Shown here in pieces: positions 1 through 9,595 of a stretch of DNA of 64,000 bases. The notes under the pieces were generated by a model, which had not been told where the DNA came from, made no database searches, and worked only from the letters and a program-made list of their open reading frames with translations. A program made the position numbers and the translations under genes. The first letter of the stretch is position 1; every line of letters begins with the position of its first letter. Source of the DNA: Thiorhodococcus fuscus. Lineage in GTDB: Bacteria; Pseudomonadota; Gammaproteobacteria; Chromatiales; Chromatiaceae. The DNA lies in assembly GCF_042682685.1 (NCBI RefSeq), contig NZ_JBHUHX010000009.1:55805-119804 (forward strand). Direction: 5' to 3'.

Positions 1-495
1 GGCAGCGGCTGCGAGATCCAGCTCGCCCCGAGGGTCCTGCCGGAGGGGGCGTCACTGAACGAGGCGCAGGTCCAAGCGATCCAAGACGGCATCCAAGGCG
101 CGCTCGCATCGGGTCCGATCAATGGCACTCAGGTCATGGATGTGGCGATTCAGGTGACCGAGGTCGAACTCTTTGGACCCGGATCGACTCCCGAGGCCCT
201 CGTGGCCGCAACCTCGAAGGCCTTGCGCAAGGCCTTCGAGTCGGCGTCGCCAGCCCACATACATCCCATCATGCGTCTGGAGGCGGTGGTTCCGGCGACG
301 AGCCTCGGGACCGTGCTAGGTGACCTGCAGGCTCGCCACGCGCTCATCCAGGACACGGCGGCATTCGGCGATCAGGTGACCATCCAGGCCGAGGTCGCGC
401 TCGAACCGTTGCTCGGATACAGCACCCGCCTGCGCAGCATGACCCAGGGCCGGGGACAGTTCAGCATGCAGTTCGATCGCTTCGATCTCTGCTGA
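1..495 (+). CDS. Elongation factor G family GTPase, C-terminal fragment (5' end outside window)
   Basis: Frame 1 is open from nt 1 to the stop at 495. The C-terminal sequence ..AEVALEPLLGYSTRLRSMTQGRGQFSMQFDRF matches the EF-G domain IV/V signature (GY.T.LRS.TQGR..F.M.F..Y). Confidence 0.6.
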   Translation, partial: GSGCEIQLAPRVLPEGASLNEAQVQAIQDGIQGALASGPINGTQVMDVAIQVTEVELFGPGSTPEALVAATSKALRKAFESASPAHIHPIMRLEAVVPATSLGTVLGDLQARHALIQDTAAFGDQVTIQAEVALEPLLGYSTRLRSMTQGRGQFSMQFDRFDLC

Positions 496-516
496 GCCCG
501 TTCCACTCGGCGGAGA

Positions 517-1575
517 TCAACTCCCGCCCGGTGCCGGCGAACCCGCTCGGTCCTCGTTCACCACGACCCGGTTGCGCCCCAGGTCCTTGGCACGATAGAG
601 CGCCTGGTCCGCGCGCTCGATCAGACTCTCCACGCTCTCGCCCGACCAGGCCTGAACGACGCCGATCGAGACCGTGACGGCACTGATCACCTCCTGACTG
701 TTCTTGCGCCTGATGCGCACGCCTGCAGCTTTGTGCCGAATGTCTTCGGCGATCGCGCGGGCGGCGCTGATACCCTCGTTGACGATGACGACGAACTCCT
801 CGCCACCGTAGCGCGCGACAAACAGCGTATCGCTCTCGAACCCCTTGAGCAGACTGCCAAACATTTGGAGGATCCGATCGCCCATCGGATGACCATAGGT
901 ATCGTTGCAACGCTTGAAGTGATCCAGGTCCAGCAACAGCAGCGAGGTCGGTGCGCCAGGCAGGCTCAGCGACTGGAGTATGGCATCGTTGAAGGCGCGC
1001 CGATTGGCGATCTTGGTGAGCGGATCGACACGCGCGCTCTGCTGACTCTCCTCCAATTCGCTGCGGAGTCTCTCGACCTCAAGACTGGCCGATGCGAGCT
1101 GTTCCTGGAACGCCTTGTTGCGTTTCTCCAGCTCGACCGTCTCGGCGAGCAACCGACCGAGGACGTCCTGGATCTGTTCCTCGTCGATCGATAGGTCGAG
1201 GACCTCCATCGCATCCTTCAGCGTAGTGCCGTAGTCGCGCGCGCCTTCGGCGCTTTTCGAGACCGACTGCGCCAACTGCGCAAGCATACCGACGAGCAGA
1301 TGCTGGACGTCCGGACTGTTCGGCAGATAGTCCTTGATGATGTGCTCGAAAAAGAGCGACTCGCTTTTTTCTGGGTCGTAGCAGCCGGCACTCGGAAACT
1401 GTTCGAGCAACACCTTGCTCAGATCGGGGTTCGCGTTCTGGACATGCACATACCAGAGCGCATAGTTGTAGGGCGTCGGCGGAATCTGGCGCTGCACCAT
1501 CAAAGGGATGGCCATCCGCAGATAGTCCGAGGACGTGCGCAAATCCTCCCGAAACTCGATTCTCTTGCCAGCCAT
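517..1575 (-). CDS. GGDEF-domain diguanylate cyclase with N-terminal coiled-coil/sensor region
   Basis: 352 aa ORF. C-terminal GGDEF domain with RYGGEEF active-site motif and DLDHFKRCNDTYGH. Confidence 0.85.
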   Translation of the reverse strand: MAGKRIEFREDLRTSSDYLRMAIPLMVQRQIPPTPYNYALWYVHVQNANPDLSKVLLEQFPSAGCYDPEKSESLFFEHIIKDYLPNSPDVQHLLVGMLAQLAQSVSKSAEGARDYGTTLKDAMEVLDLSIDEEQIQDVLGRLLAETVELEKRNKAFQEQLASASLEVERLRSELEESQQSARVDPLTKIANRRAFNDAILQSLSLPGAPTSLLLLDLDHFKRCNDTYGHPMGDRILQMFGSLLKGFESDTLFVARYGGEEFVVIVNEGISAARAIAEDIRHKAAGVRIRRKNSQEVISAVTVSIGVVQAWSGESVESLIERADQALYRAKDLGRNRVVVNEDRAGSPAPGGS

Positions 1576-1907
1576 GAAAGGTCACTCTTGATCGCGCCCC
1601 GAAGCGGGACTCATCATCTAGTCGTCGGTCGATTCGTCGCCTCGGCGACCGCCATCATATTCCATGAACGAGCCGACGATACGGGTGTTTGGACACCATC
1701 ACGCCGGACCGAAGCTCCCAGCAGCCGTCGGGAACTGGCCGAGCGATTGCATCGTTCCTGGATCGGTCCCAATATGGAATCCGAGTCTAAACAGGCTTCA
1801 GCCGCCCAAGAATCCCGTATCCGCGCGTCTGTGGAAGCCCCTCCATTCGGGTATGCTTCCACCATCGACAATGTCACTCGCCCGCCCATCATCAGCAGTA
1901 CCGACCC

Positions 1908-2219
1908 ATGCCCCAGTCCGCCGAACTCATTCGATTGTCCGATCTTCCGCAAAGCACGCCGGCACGTCTGGCCGAAATCCAGGGCGGACGCCATCTGATG
2001 CGCCGCCTTCTATCACTGGGCCTGCGACAAGGCAGCCGGTTGAGCGTGGTACAGCGCCGCGGTCAAGGCCTGGTACTGGCGACCGGCGAGGTGCGCATCG
2101 CGGTCGGTTCCGGAATCGCCGACAAGCTCTGGGTCACCCTATGCGATCTCGCGGAGGAGGACCCAGGCCCGGATGCCGAAACGGCGACCGACCCCGCGCG
2201 GTCCAGCATGGGGCGGTGA
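1908..2219 (+). CDS. feoA: Ferrous iron transport protein FeoA
   Basis: 103 aa. SH3-like FeoA domain (LSDLP..G..ARLAEI.GG....RRLLSLGL..G..L.V) immediately upstream of feoB. Confidence 0.8.
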   Translation: MPQSAELIRLSDLPQSTPARLAEIQGGRHLMRRLLSLGLRQGSRLSVVQRRGQGLVLATGEVRIAVGSGIADKLWVTLCDLAEEDPGPDAETATDPARSSMGR

Positions 2220-2225
2220 GAAACG

Positions 2226-4571
2226 ATGACAGCGCCTAACAATCCACACACTGCCGCCGTCTCGGCACAGCCACCACGCCCACTGACCGTCGCACTGGCC
2301 GGCAATCCGAATTGCGGCAAATCCGCGCTCTTCAATGCCCTGACCGGCATCCGCCAGACCACCGGGAACTGGCCGGGCGTCACGGTCGAGCGCAAGGAAG
2401 GCGCCATGGAGCTGGATGGGCGCCGAATCAAGGTCATCGACCTGCCTGGCATCTATTCGCTCGATGCCAGCTCGCTCGACGAGGTGGTCACGCGGGATTA
2501 CCTCCTCAGCCGCGAGGCCGACCTCATCGTCAACGTCCTGGATGCGAACAACCTGGAGCGCAATCTCTACCTGTCCGTCCAACTGTTGGAGATGGGCGTT
2601 CCGGTCATCGTCGCCCTCAACATGATGGACGTCGCGCGTAAGCGCGGCGTGCGGATCGACATCGCTCAGCTCGCGCAGGCGATCGGCTGTCCCGTCGTCC
2701 CCGTGGTGGCGGTTGCCAAGGAGGGCCTGACCGAGCTCCAGGCACGTCTACTCGCCGTCGCCGAGGGGCGCGAACCGGCCGGACTGCCGCTGGGTCAGAG
2801 CGAATTCGTCGAGGAGGCGATCGCGGAGCTCGCACCGAGTCTGAGCGAGATCGCCGATCGGGCCAACAGCCGCTGGCTGGCGCTCAAGCTCCTCGAATCG
2901 GACCTTTCGGCCGAACAATCGGTCGCCCCCGAGATACTGGAACGCGCTGAGCAGTTGCGTCATCAGATCACCGTGCGCACTGGAGAGGACGCGGACCTCC
3001 ACATCGCCGATACCCGCTTCGGCCATGCACACGCTCTGGCGCAACGGGTCATGCGCGAGAGCCACCGGGTTGAGCGCACCCTATCGGACCGCATCGATCG
3101 GGTCGTTCTCAATCGCATCTTCGGCATCCCGCTGTTCCTGCTGATGATCTATCTCATGTTCATGTTCACCATGAACATCGGGGGCGCCTTCATCGACTTT
3201 TTCGATCTCGCCGGCCGGGCCCTGTTCGTCGACGGACTCGGAGCGCTGCTTGACGACCTGAACGCACCCGACTGGCTGTCCCTGGTGCTGGCCGAGGGCA
3301 TCGGCGGCGGTCTGCAGGTGGTCGGAACCTTCATCCCCATCATCGCCAGCCTCTACATCGTGCTCTCGATCCTGGAGGACTCGGGCTACATGGCGCGCGC
3401 GGCCTTCGTCATGGACCGCTTCATGCGCTCGATCGGGTTGCCGGGCAAGGCGTTCGTGCCCCTGATCGTGGGCTTCGGCTGCAACGTCCCGGCGGTAATG
3501 GCGACCCGCACGCTCGAAAGCGAACGCGAACGCAAGCTGACCATCCTCATGAATCCCTTCATGTCCTGCGGAGCCAGACTCCCGGTCTACGCACTGTTCG
3601 CGGCGGCCTTTTTCCCGCATTCGGGGCAGAATCTGGTCTTCGTGCTCTATCTGACCGGCATCGCCGTCGCCGTCCTGTCGGGACTGGCGATGAAGCACAC
3701 CCTGCTCAAGGGCGACAGCTCGGGCCTGCTGATGGAGCTGCCGCCCTATCACCTGCCGACCGTCAAGGGCGTGCTGCTGCGCACCTGGGACCGGGTCAGG
3801 CTCTTCCTGCGCGAAGCGGGCAAGGTCATCGTGGTGATGGTGCTCATCCTCAACGTGCTCGCCACCATCGGCAGCGACGGCACGATGGGCAACCATGAAA
3901 GCGACCAGTCCGTCCTGGCCGCCATCAGCCGCACCGCGACGCCGGTGTTCGCCCCCATGGGCATCCGCGAGGACAATTGGCCGGCCGTGCTTGGGATCTT
4001 CTCCGGCGTTCTCGCCAAGGAGGTCATCGTCGGAACATTGGATTCGCTCTACGGGCGCCTGGCCGAGGAAGAGCATCCGACCGAGACGCAGGAGCCATTC
4101 GATCTGTGGCGCGATCTGGGACGCGCGGCCTCCTCGATCCAAGAAAACCTCTCGGCGCTGGGCGCGCGCCTGCTCGACCCGCTCGGACTCGACGTCGGCG
4201 ATCTGAGCGATCAAGGACTGGCCGCAGAGGAACAGGGCGTCGGCAGCGAAACCTTCAACGCCATGACCGAACGCTTCGACGGACAGGCCGGCGCATTCGC
4301 CTATCTGCTGTTCGTGCTGCTCTACTTCCCCTGCGCGGCGACCATCGGGGCCATCGTCCGCGAGGCCGGCGTGCGCTGGGCGCTCTTCGTCGGGGCCTGG
4401 ACCACCGGGGTCGCCTTCCTCGCGGCCAGCATCTTCTACCAAACGGCGACCTTCGAGCGCGACCCGCTGGGCGCCGGACTCTGGATCGGAGGGGGACTGA
4501 CACTGCTGGTCGGGGTGCTCGTCGGGCTGCGGTTCTGGGCCATCGGCGCTCGCAAGGCCGACGCTGGCTGA
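2226..4571 (+). CDS. feoB: Ferrous iron transporter FeoB
   Basis: 781 aa. N-terminal G domain GNPNCGKSALFNALTG, DLPGIYSL, then a polytopic membrane domain with the gate motif region. Confidence 0.9.
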   Translation: MTAPNNPHTAAVSAQPPRPLTVALAGNPNCGKSALFNALTGIRQTTGNWPGVTVERKEGAMELDGRRIKVIDLPGIYSLDASSLDEVVTRDYLLSREADLIVNVLDANNLERNLYLSVQLLEMGVPVIVALNMMDVARKRGVRIDIAQLAQAIGCPVVPVVAVAKEGLTELQARLLAVAEGREPAGLPLGQSEFVEEAIAELAPSLSEIADRANSRWLALKLLESDLSAEQSVAPEILERAEQLRHQITVRTGEDADLHIADTRFGHAHALAQRVMRESHRVERTLSDRIDRVVLNRIFGIPLFLLMIYLMFMFTMNIGGAFIDFFDLAGRALFVDGLGALLDDLNAPDWLSLVLAEGIGGGLQVVGTFIPIIASLYIVLSILEDSGYMARAAFVMDRFMRSIGLPGKAFVPLIVGFGCNVPAVMATRTLESERERKLTILMNPFMSCGARLPVYALFAAAFFPHSGQNLVFVLYLTGIAVAVLSGLAMKHTLLKGDSSGLLMELPPYHLPTVKGVLLRTWDRVRLFLREAGKVIVVMVLILNVLATIGSDGTMGNHESDQSVLAAISRTATPVFAPMGIREDNWPAVLGIFSGVLAKEVIVGTLDSLYGRLAEEEHPTETQEPFDLWRDLGRAASSIQENLSALGARLLDPLGLDVGDLSDQGLAAEEQGVGSETFNAMTERFDGQAGAFAYLLFVLLYFPCAATIGAIVREAGVRWALFVGAWTTGVAFLAASIFYQTATFERDPLGAGLWIGGGLTLLVGVLVGLRFWAIGARKADAG

Positions 4572-4610
4572 AGGGCGATCGACGCCTGGAGAACGGAAAC
4601 CGGGGCGCCT

Positions 4611-5120
4611 CTAGAGGGCGCGCGGTCGAGTCAAGGACAAGAGCTGTGCACTCCCGGAATCGAGCTGCCCCCAATCGTCCGGCATTTCGAGCCGGGCGAC
4701 GGCGGCGGTGGGCAGGAGCTTGCCATCGTCTGGCGGCTCGTAATCGTCCGCGACGAGATGTCTCAGCAACGCTTCGAGTCCGGGGTTATGGCCGATCAGG
4801 AGCACGGTTGCGGCCTCGGGCGGAACCCGTGACAGCACCTCCAGCAGCTCGGGCAGTCCCGCCTCGTAGATGGCACTATCCCAAACGATGCGCTTCTTCT
4901 TGAAGTCCAGGCACTTGCATACCTTGGTCGCAGTCTGGCGGGCCCGCTCGGCCGGCGAGCTGACGACATGGTCGGGCACCAATCCCTCGCGATAGAGCCA
5001 GGCCCCCACCTTGGGTGCATCGTTCTTGCCGCGTTTGGCGAGCGGACGATCGAAATCGGTCGAGGCGCCAGAGTCCCAATCGGACTTGGCGTGACGGAGC
5101 AGCAGGAGTTCTCGAGACAT
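4611..5120 (-). CDS. sixA: Phosphohistidine phosphatase SixA-like (histidine phosphatase superfamily)
   Basis: LLLLRHAKS (RHG-type catalytic motif) and LLIGHNPGLE. Start taken at the internal MSRELLLL at 5120 rather than the ORF-track start at 5177. Confidence 0.65.
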   Translation of the reverse strand: MSRELLLLRHAKSDWDSGASTDFDRPLAKRGKNDAPKVGAWLYREGLVPDHVVSSPAERARQTATKVCKCLDFKKKRIVWDSAIYEAGLPELLEVLSRVPPEAATVLLIGHNPGLEALLRHLVADDYEPPDDGKLLPTAAVARLEMPDDWGQLDSGSAQLLSLTRPRAL

Positions 5121-5230
5121 GGAAAAGAAGGGATCGGCGTAGATCAATCTGGGTCGACAACCTGCCAATGACAACAATGGCGGTTTTTAACACATCCGTC
5201 ATTTTGGCGTAACCGCGCGACGCAATTCCC

Positions 5231-6106
5231 TTAGCGAATCTCGGCCAATAGGCGTGAAATCATCTGGCGCGACTGGCTGAGATAGCCGCCGCCAAAAAGA
5301 TTCAGGTGATTGAGGACGTGGTAGAGGTTGTAGAGCAGGCGGCGAACCCCATAGCCCGGGTCCAGTGGCCAGGCGGCACGGTAGGCCGCATAGAACTCCG
5401 AACCGAAGCCGCCGAACAGCTCGGTCATCGCCAGATCCGCCTCGCGATCTCCGTAATAAACGGCCGGATCGAAGATTACCGGCTGCCGGTCGGGGGTACT
5501 GCCGATGTTCCCGCCCCACAGGTCCCCGTGCAGCAGCGAGGGCACGGGATCGTGCCCGATCAGCAGGCCGAGATCCGCCATCAGGCGCTCGCCGTCGTGC
5601 TGCAAATCGCCGCCGTGTCCGTTGGCGGCGGCGAGTTTCAGCTGATGACCGAGACGCTGCTCGCGCCAGAAGGACACCCAGTCGCGCTCCCGGCGATTGG
5701 TCTGCGGGGTGGAGCCGATGGTGTTGTCCCGGTGCCAGCCGAAGGTCTCAGCGCTGGAGCGATGCATGGCCGCCAGCCGTTCGCCAGCGAGCGCGCCATC
5801 CAGCCTCCCGCCGAGATCCAACCGCTCCATGACCAGGAAGGACTGACCGTCGGCAACGCCGGTACAGATCGGACGGGGAACCCGAATGGCCTCGGCCGAG
5901 GCCAGCGCGGTCAACCCCTCGAATTCGGCCGCGAACATCTCGGCGCGGTCGGTCGAGTTCAGCTTGACGAAATAGCTGCGACGACCATCGCCGAGCACGG
6001 CCGCCCGATTGATGCAGCCGCCACCGACCGGTTGTTCGCGCTCGACCCGAAACGACTCGCCAGTCGCATCGCCGATCGCGTCGGCGATCCCACCCCATCG
6101 ACTCAT
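5231..6106 (-). CDS. Fructosamine/ketosamine-3-kinase family protein
   Basis: 291 aa. SLLHGDLWGGN catalytic loop and FDPAVYYGDRE..DLAM motifs typical of the fructosamine kinase family. Confidence 0.8.
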   Translation of the reverse strand: MSRWGGIADAIGDATGESFRVEREQPVGGGCINRAAVLGDGRRSYFVKLNSTDRAEMFAAEFEGLTALASAEAIRVPRPICTGVADGQSFLVMERLDLGGRLDGALAGERLAAMHRSSAETFGWHRDNTIGSTPQTNRRERDWVSFWREQRLGHQLKLAAANGHGGDLQHDGERLMADLGLLIGHDPVPSLLHGDLWGGNIGSTPDRQPVIFDPAVYYGDREADLAMTELFGGFGSEFYAAYRAAWPLDPGYGVRRLLYNLYHVLNHLNLFGGGYLSQSRQMISRLLAEIR

Positions 6107-6759
6107 GGATGAATCTCGCGTCCGAGCCGGCGCAACAGTGGGCTGTAGCGAGGAAAATGGGCACGCAGGAATTCCATCTGATCGGCCAGCACGTTGCGAC
6201 CCATCAGATAGACGTACTCGGCATGCGTCGGCGTGAAAGGAACCGCCAGCAACTCCATTCCAGCGTCCTCGGGAGAGCGGCCGGCCTTGTAGTTGTTACA
6301 GCGAATGCAGGCGGTGACCAGATTGTTCCAGTGATCCTCGCCCCCCTTGCTGGAGGGGCGGACATGATCGCGCGACAGCAGACGCGGCGAGAACCGCTGA
6401 CCGCAGTACATGCACATGTGATCGTCGCGCTGAAACAGGGTGCGATTGGAGAGCGGGGGGACATAGTCGTCGCTCTGCAGTTTATTCAGCGAGCGATGGA
6501 GGCCGACCGTGGCGATGATGGAGTGAATCCGAAGCCGGCTTTGCGTTTGGGTCGCGGCATTGATGCCGCCACGCAACAGAAATAGAGGGTCACCGCACGA
6601 GTAGGCGACCTGACCGAGAAAATAGAGTCGGGCGGCGGTCCGGTAGTCCACCCATTCGAGTGGCATACCGGCCAAATCCGTTCGCAGTACCTGTTGGTTC
6701 AATGGCAACATAGTCGGAAGCGGCTCGGAATTTGCGAGCATCATACACGCTTGCAGCAC
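6103..6759 (-). CDS. HNH endonuclease family protein
   Basis: 218 aa. CMYCGQ..DHVRPSSKGG..WNNLVTACIRCNNYK is an HNH motif with Zn-binding Cys pairs. 4-bp overlap with the preceding gene. Confidence 0.7.
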   Translation of the reverse strand: MLQACMMLANSEPLPTMLPLNQQVLRTDLAGMPLEWVDYRTAARLYFLGQVAYSCGDPLFLLRGGINAATQTQSRLRIHSIIATVGLHRSLNKLQSDDYVPPLSNRTLFQRDDHMCMYCGQRFSPRLLSRDHVRPSSKGGEDHWNNLVTACIRCNNYKAGRSPEDAGMELLAVPFTPTHAEYVYLMGRNVLADQMEFLRAHFPRYSPLLRRLGREIHP

Positions 6760-7184
6760 CTGCGCAAACGATGCTCGTTGGATGATCGGAAGAGGATCCT
6801 GCTCCTGGAAGCAGACCCAGAACCTCTGATGAGATCGAGAATCGAACAGCCTCTAAATGGGGTTAACCACTTGATCATTCACACCCTCTGAAGGGTCCCG
6901 GTTGAATTCCGAGCCTGTCAAGCCAGCCGCTCCACCCGAGCCGGGAATATCACGCAACCAATTGATTTTCAGTTACCAAACGGAAGCTGGTTAATCTTTT
7001 ACCAGAACCGCAGGAGCGCTTGACTGACGCCAACTTGGGAGCGCCCACGAAAGGCTATCCCCAGACTTATCCACAGGCATTGTGAACAAATGAAGATCCT
7101 TCTCGCTCGCCGGAACTGGCAGACGCCCCTCTCTGGCACCAACGGAGGACCAACACGGCCCTTGAATGGAGACACAGCGACGAC

Positions 7185-9422
7185 GTGAGCGTACACCTCG
7201 AACGCCCTTCCGATGACGCCACCACGGTCGTCTTGCGCGTCGCCATCGCGGCCCCTCTGCTCGGACTCTTCGACTATCTCCCCCCCTCGGATCCAACCGC
7301 CCGGCCGACCCCGGGACAACGACTCCTGGTGCCCTTCGGGCGGAGCCTGCGGGTCGGAATCCTGGTCGAGATCGTCGATGCGACCCAGGAGGACCCGGCA
7401 CGGCTCAAGCCGATCGAGAAAGCCCTGGATGCAGGACCCCTCTTCGGCGAAAAGGATCTCGCCCTCATCCAATGGGCGGCAGCCTACTATCAGCAGCCGC
7501 TCGGCACCGCACTCTTCACCGCCCTACCCGCCCGACTGCGCCAACCCAGCCCGATCTTGGAGGAAGCGGTCCCGGGGATCCGGGCGACAGCGCAAGGGCT
7601 GAGTCTAGACCTGACGACACTGGCCCGCGCACCCAAACAGCGTGTCTTATTGGAGACGGCCCGCGAGTGCCCCAACGGACTGCCACTGTCGGATCTCTCC
7701 GCTCGGCTCGGCGATTGCGCAGCCGCCATTCGCGCGCTCGAGCGCAAGGATCTGATCGAGCGCTGCCGACTGAAGGCGACGGCACCAGCCGCCGTGGATC
7801 TCAGCCCGGACGGTCCCGAGCTGAACGCGGATCAGCACAGGTCCGTCGAGACGATCGGCGAGGCGTTCGGCGCCTTCCGTCCCTTCCTGCTTCAAGGCGT
7901 CACCGGAAGCGGTAAGACCGAGGTCTATATCCGACTCATCCAGACCCTGGTCGCAACCGGACAGCAGGCGTTGGTGCTCGTGCCCGAGATCGGCCTGACG
8001 CCGCAGCTGCGCGACCGTTTCCGACAGCGCATTACCGGCCCCATCGCAGTGCTCCACTCCGCCCTGAACGCGAACGAGCGCGAGCTCAACTGGCACCGAG
8101 CCGCACGCGGAGAGGCGACTCTCATCCTCGGGACGCGCTCGGCGATCTTCGTGCCCATCCCGCGTTTGGGACTCATCCTAGTGGACGAGGAGCATGACGC
8201 CTCGCTGAAACAGCAGGACGGATTCCGTTACTCGGGCCGCGATCTGGCGGTGCGACGTGCCCAGCTGGTCGGCTGCCCGGTGGTGCTGGGTTCGGCCACG
8301 CCCTCATTGGAGAGCCTTCAGAACGCCACATCCGGACGCTATGGCTGGCTGAGACTGCCGCAGCGCGCAGGCGGCGCGCAGGCGCCGACGATCTCGCTGC
8401 TGGATATCCGCGCCCAGCCGCTCCAGGCCGGCCTCTCGCACGTGCTGCGCGCAGCCATGCAGTCGGAACTGGACGCCGGCAATCAGATCTTGCTGTTCCT
8501 CAATCGGCGCGGCTATGCACCGCTCTATACCTGCCACCAATGCGGCTGGGTCGGCGAATGCCCGCACTGCGACGCGCGCCTGACCCTGCATCTCGGTCAA
8601 CGGCGGCTCTGGTGCCATCATTGCGGCTGGTCGAACCGACTGCCGGAACGTTGCCCAAGCTGCAACGGCGAGGATCTGCGCATGATCGGACGCGGCACCG
8701 AACGGCTGGAGGATGAACTGCGTCCGCTCTTTCCCGAGGCTCGCATCGCCCGCATCGATCGCGACAGCACGCGGCGCCGGGGCGAGCTGGACCGCGTTCT
8801 GGAGTCGATCCGGCGCGGCGAGATCCAGATCCTGCTCGGGACCCAGATGCTCGCCAAGGGACACGATTTCCCACAGGTCACGCTCGTCGGCATCCTGGAT
8901 CTCGATCAGTCGCTCTATGCCAGCGACTTCCGCGCCCCCGAACGCACGGCGCAACTCATCGTTCAGGTCGCAGGCCGCGCCGGACGGGCCGAACGACCCG
9001 GTCGGGTGGTACTCCAGACGCGACACCCCGAGCACCCGCTGCTCCAGTCGCTGCTGCGCGACGGCTATTCCGGGTTCGCCGCCGCAGCCCTGGCCGAGCG
9101 GCAGGCCGCCGAACTCCCACCCTTCGCACACCTGGTTCTGATGCGCGCGGAATCCCCGCGCGCGGACCAGCCGACGGCCTTCCTGCGCGAGGCGCGCGCA
9201 CTGGCCGAAGGATTGGATCCGAGCGGGGTCCATCTGCTCGGTCCGGCACTCGCCCCGATGGAGCGCCGCGCCAACCGCTACCGCAGCCAGCTCATAGTGC
9301 TGTCGAGCGAGCGACCGGCGCTCCAACGTTTCCTCGCCCGCTGGAACCAGGCCCTGCATGCGCTCCGTCCTCCCAAGGGGCTACGTTGGTCGCTGGACGT
9401 GGACCCGCAGGACATGCTCTAG
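7185..9422 (+). CDS. priA: Primosomal protein N' (replication restart helicase PriA)
   Basis: 745 aa. Walker A LLQGVTGSGKTEVY, DEEH box, zinc-finger cluster CHQCGWVGECPHCDARLTLH..LWCHHCGW. GTG start. Confidence 0.9.
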   Translation: MSVHLERPSDDATTVVLRVAIAAPLLGLFDYLPPSDPTARPTPGQRLLVPFGRSLRVGILVEIVDATQEDPARLKPIEKALDAGPLFGEKDLALIQWAAAYYQQPLGTALFTALPARLRQPSPILEEAVPGIRATAQGLSLDLTTLARAPKQRVLLETARECPNGLPLSDLSARLGDCAAAIRALERKDLIERCRLKATAPAAVDLSPDGPELNADQHRSVETIGEAFGAFRPFLLQGVTGSGKTEVYIRLIQTLVATGQQALVLVPEIGLTPQLRDRFRQRITGPIAVLHSALNANERELNWHRAARGEATLILGTRSAIFVPIPRLGLILVDEEHDASLKQQDGFRYSGRDLAVRRAQLVGCPVVLGSATPSLESLQNATSGRYGWLRLPQRAGGAQAPTISLLDIRAQPLQAGLSHVLRAAMQSELDAGNQILLFLNRRGYAPLYTCHQCGWVGECPHCDARLTLHLGQRRLWCHHCGWSNRLPERCPSCNGEDLRMIGRGTERLEDELRPLFPEARIARIDRDSTRRRGELDRVLESIRRGEIQILLGTQMLAKGHDFPQVTLVGILDLDQSLYASDFRAPERTAQLIVQVAGRAGRAERPGRVVLQTRHPEHPLLQSLLRDGYSGFAAAALAERQAAELPPFAHLVLMRAESPRADQPTAFLREARALAEGLDPSGVHLLGPALAPMERRANRYRSQLIVLSSERPALQRFLARWNQALHALRPPKGLRWSLDVDPQDML

Positions 9423-9595
9423 TCGATGGATTCAGGTATTCTAATGGCCTGTGATCACAACCACTTCGGTCGCCGCGATCAGGTACCGAAGCATCCCGAT
9501 TCATCCCATTGCGGACCAGTTCTGGGCCCGACCCAGCCATCCAAGCGGCTGCGACGCGTGCTCGACCGTGTGCCAAGACCAAATCGTCAATCTGC

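Noticed and set aside
1576-1907. Looked for a Fur box upstream of feoA
   Set aside because: No convincing match to GATAATGATAATCATTATC could be identified by eye. Left unannotated.
3081-4442. Long minus-strand ORFs across feoB (also 8304-9359 across priA, 9587-11257 across argS, 43520-44953 across nifA, 45629-47416 across trkH)
   Set aside because: All are antisense or out-of-frame shadows of well-supported genes, with Arg/Gly-rich compositions and no domain signatures.
4572-4612. Palindrome ggcgcctctagagggcgc between the convergent feoB and sixA genes
   Set aside because: No U-tract on either side. Possibly a weak bidirectional terminator, but not supportable as a feature.
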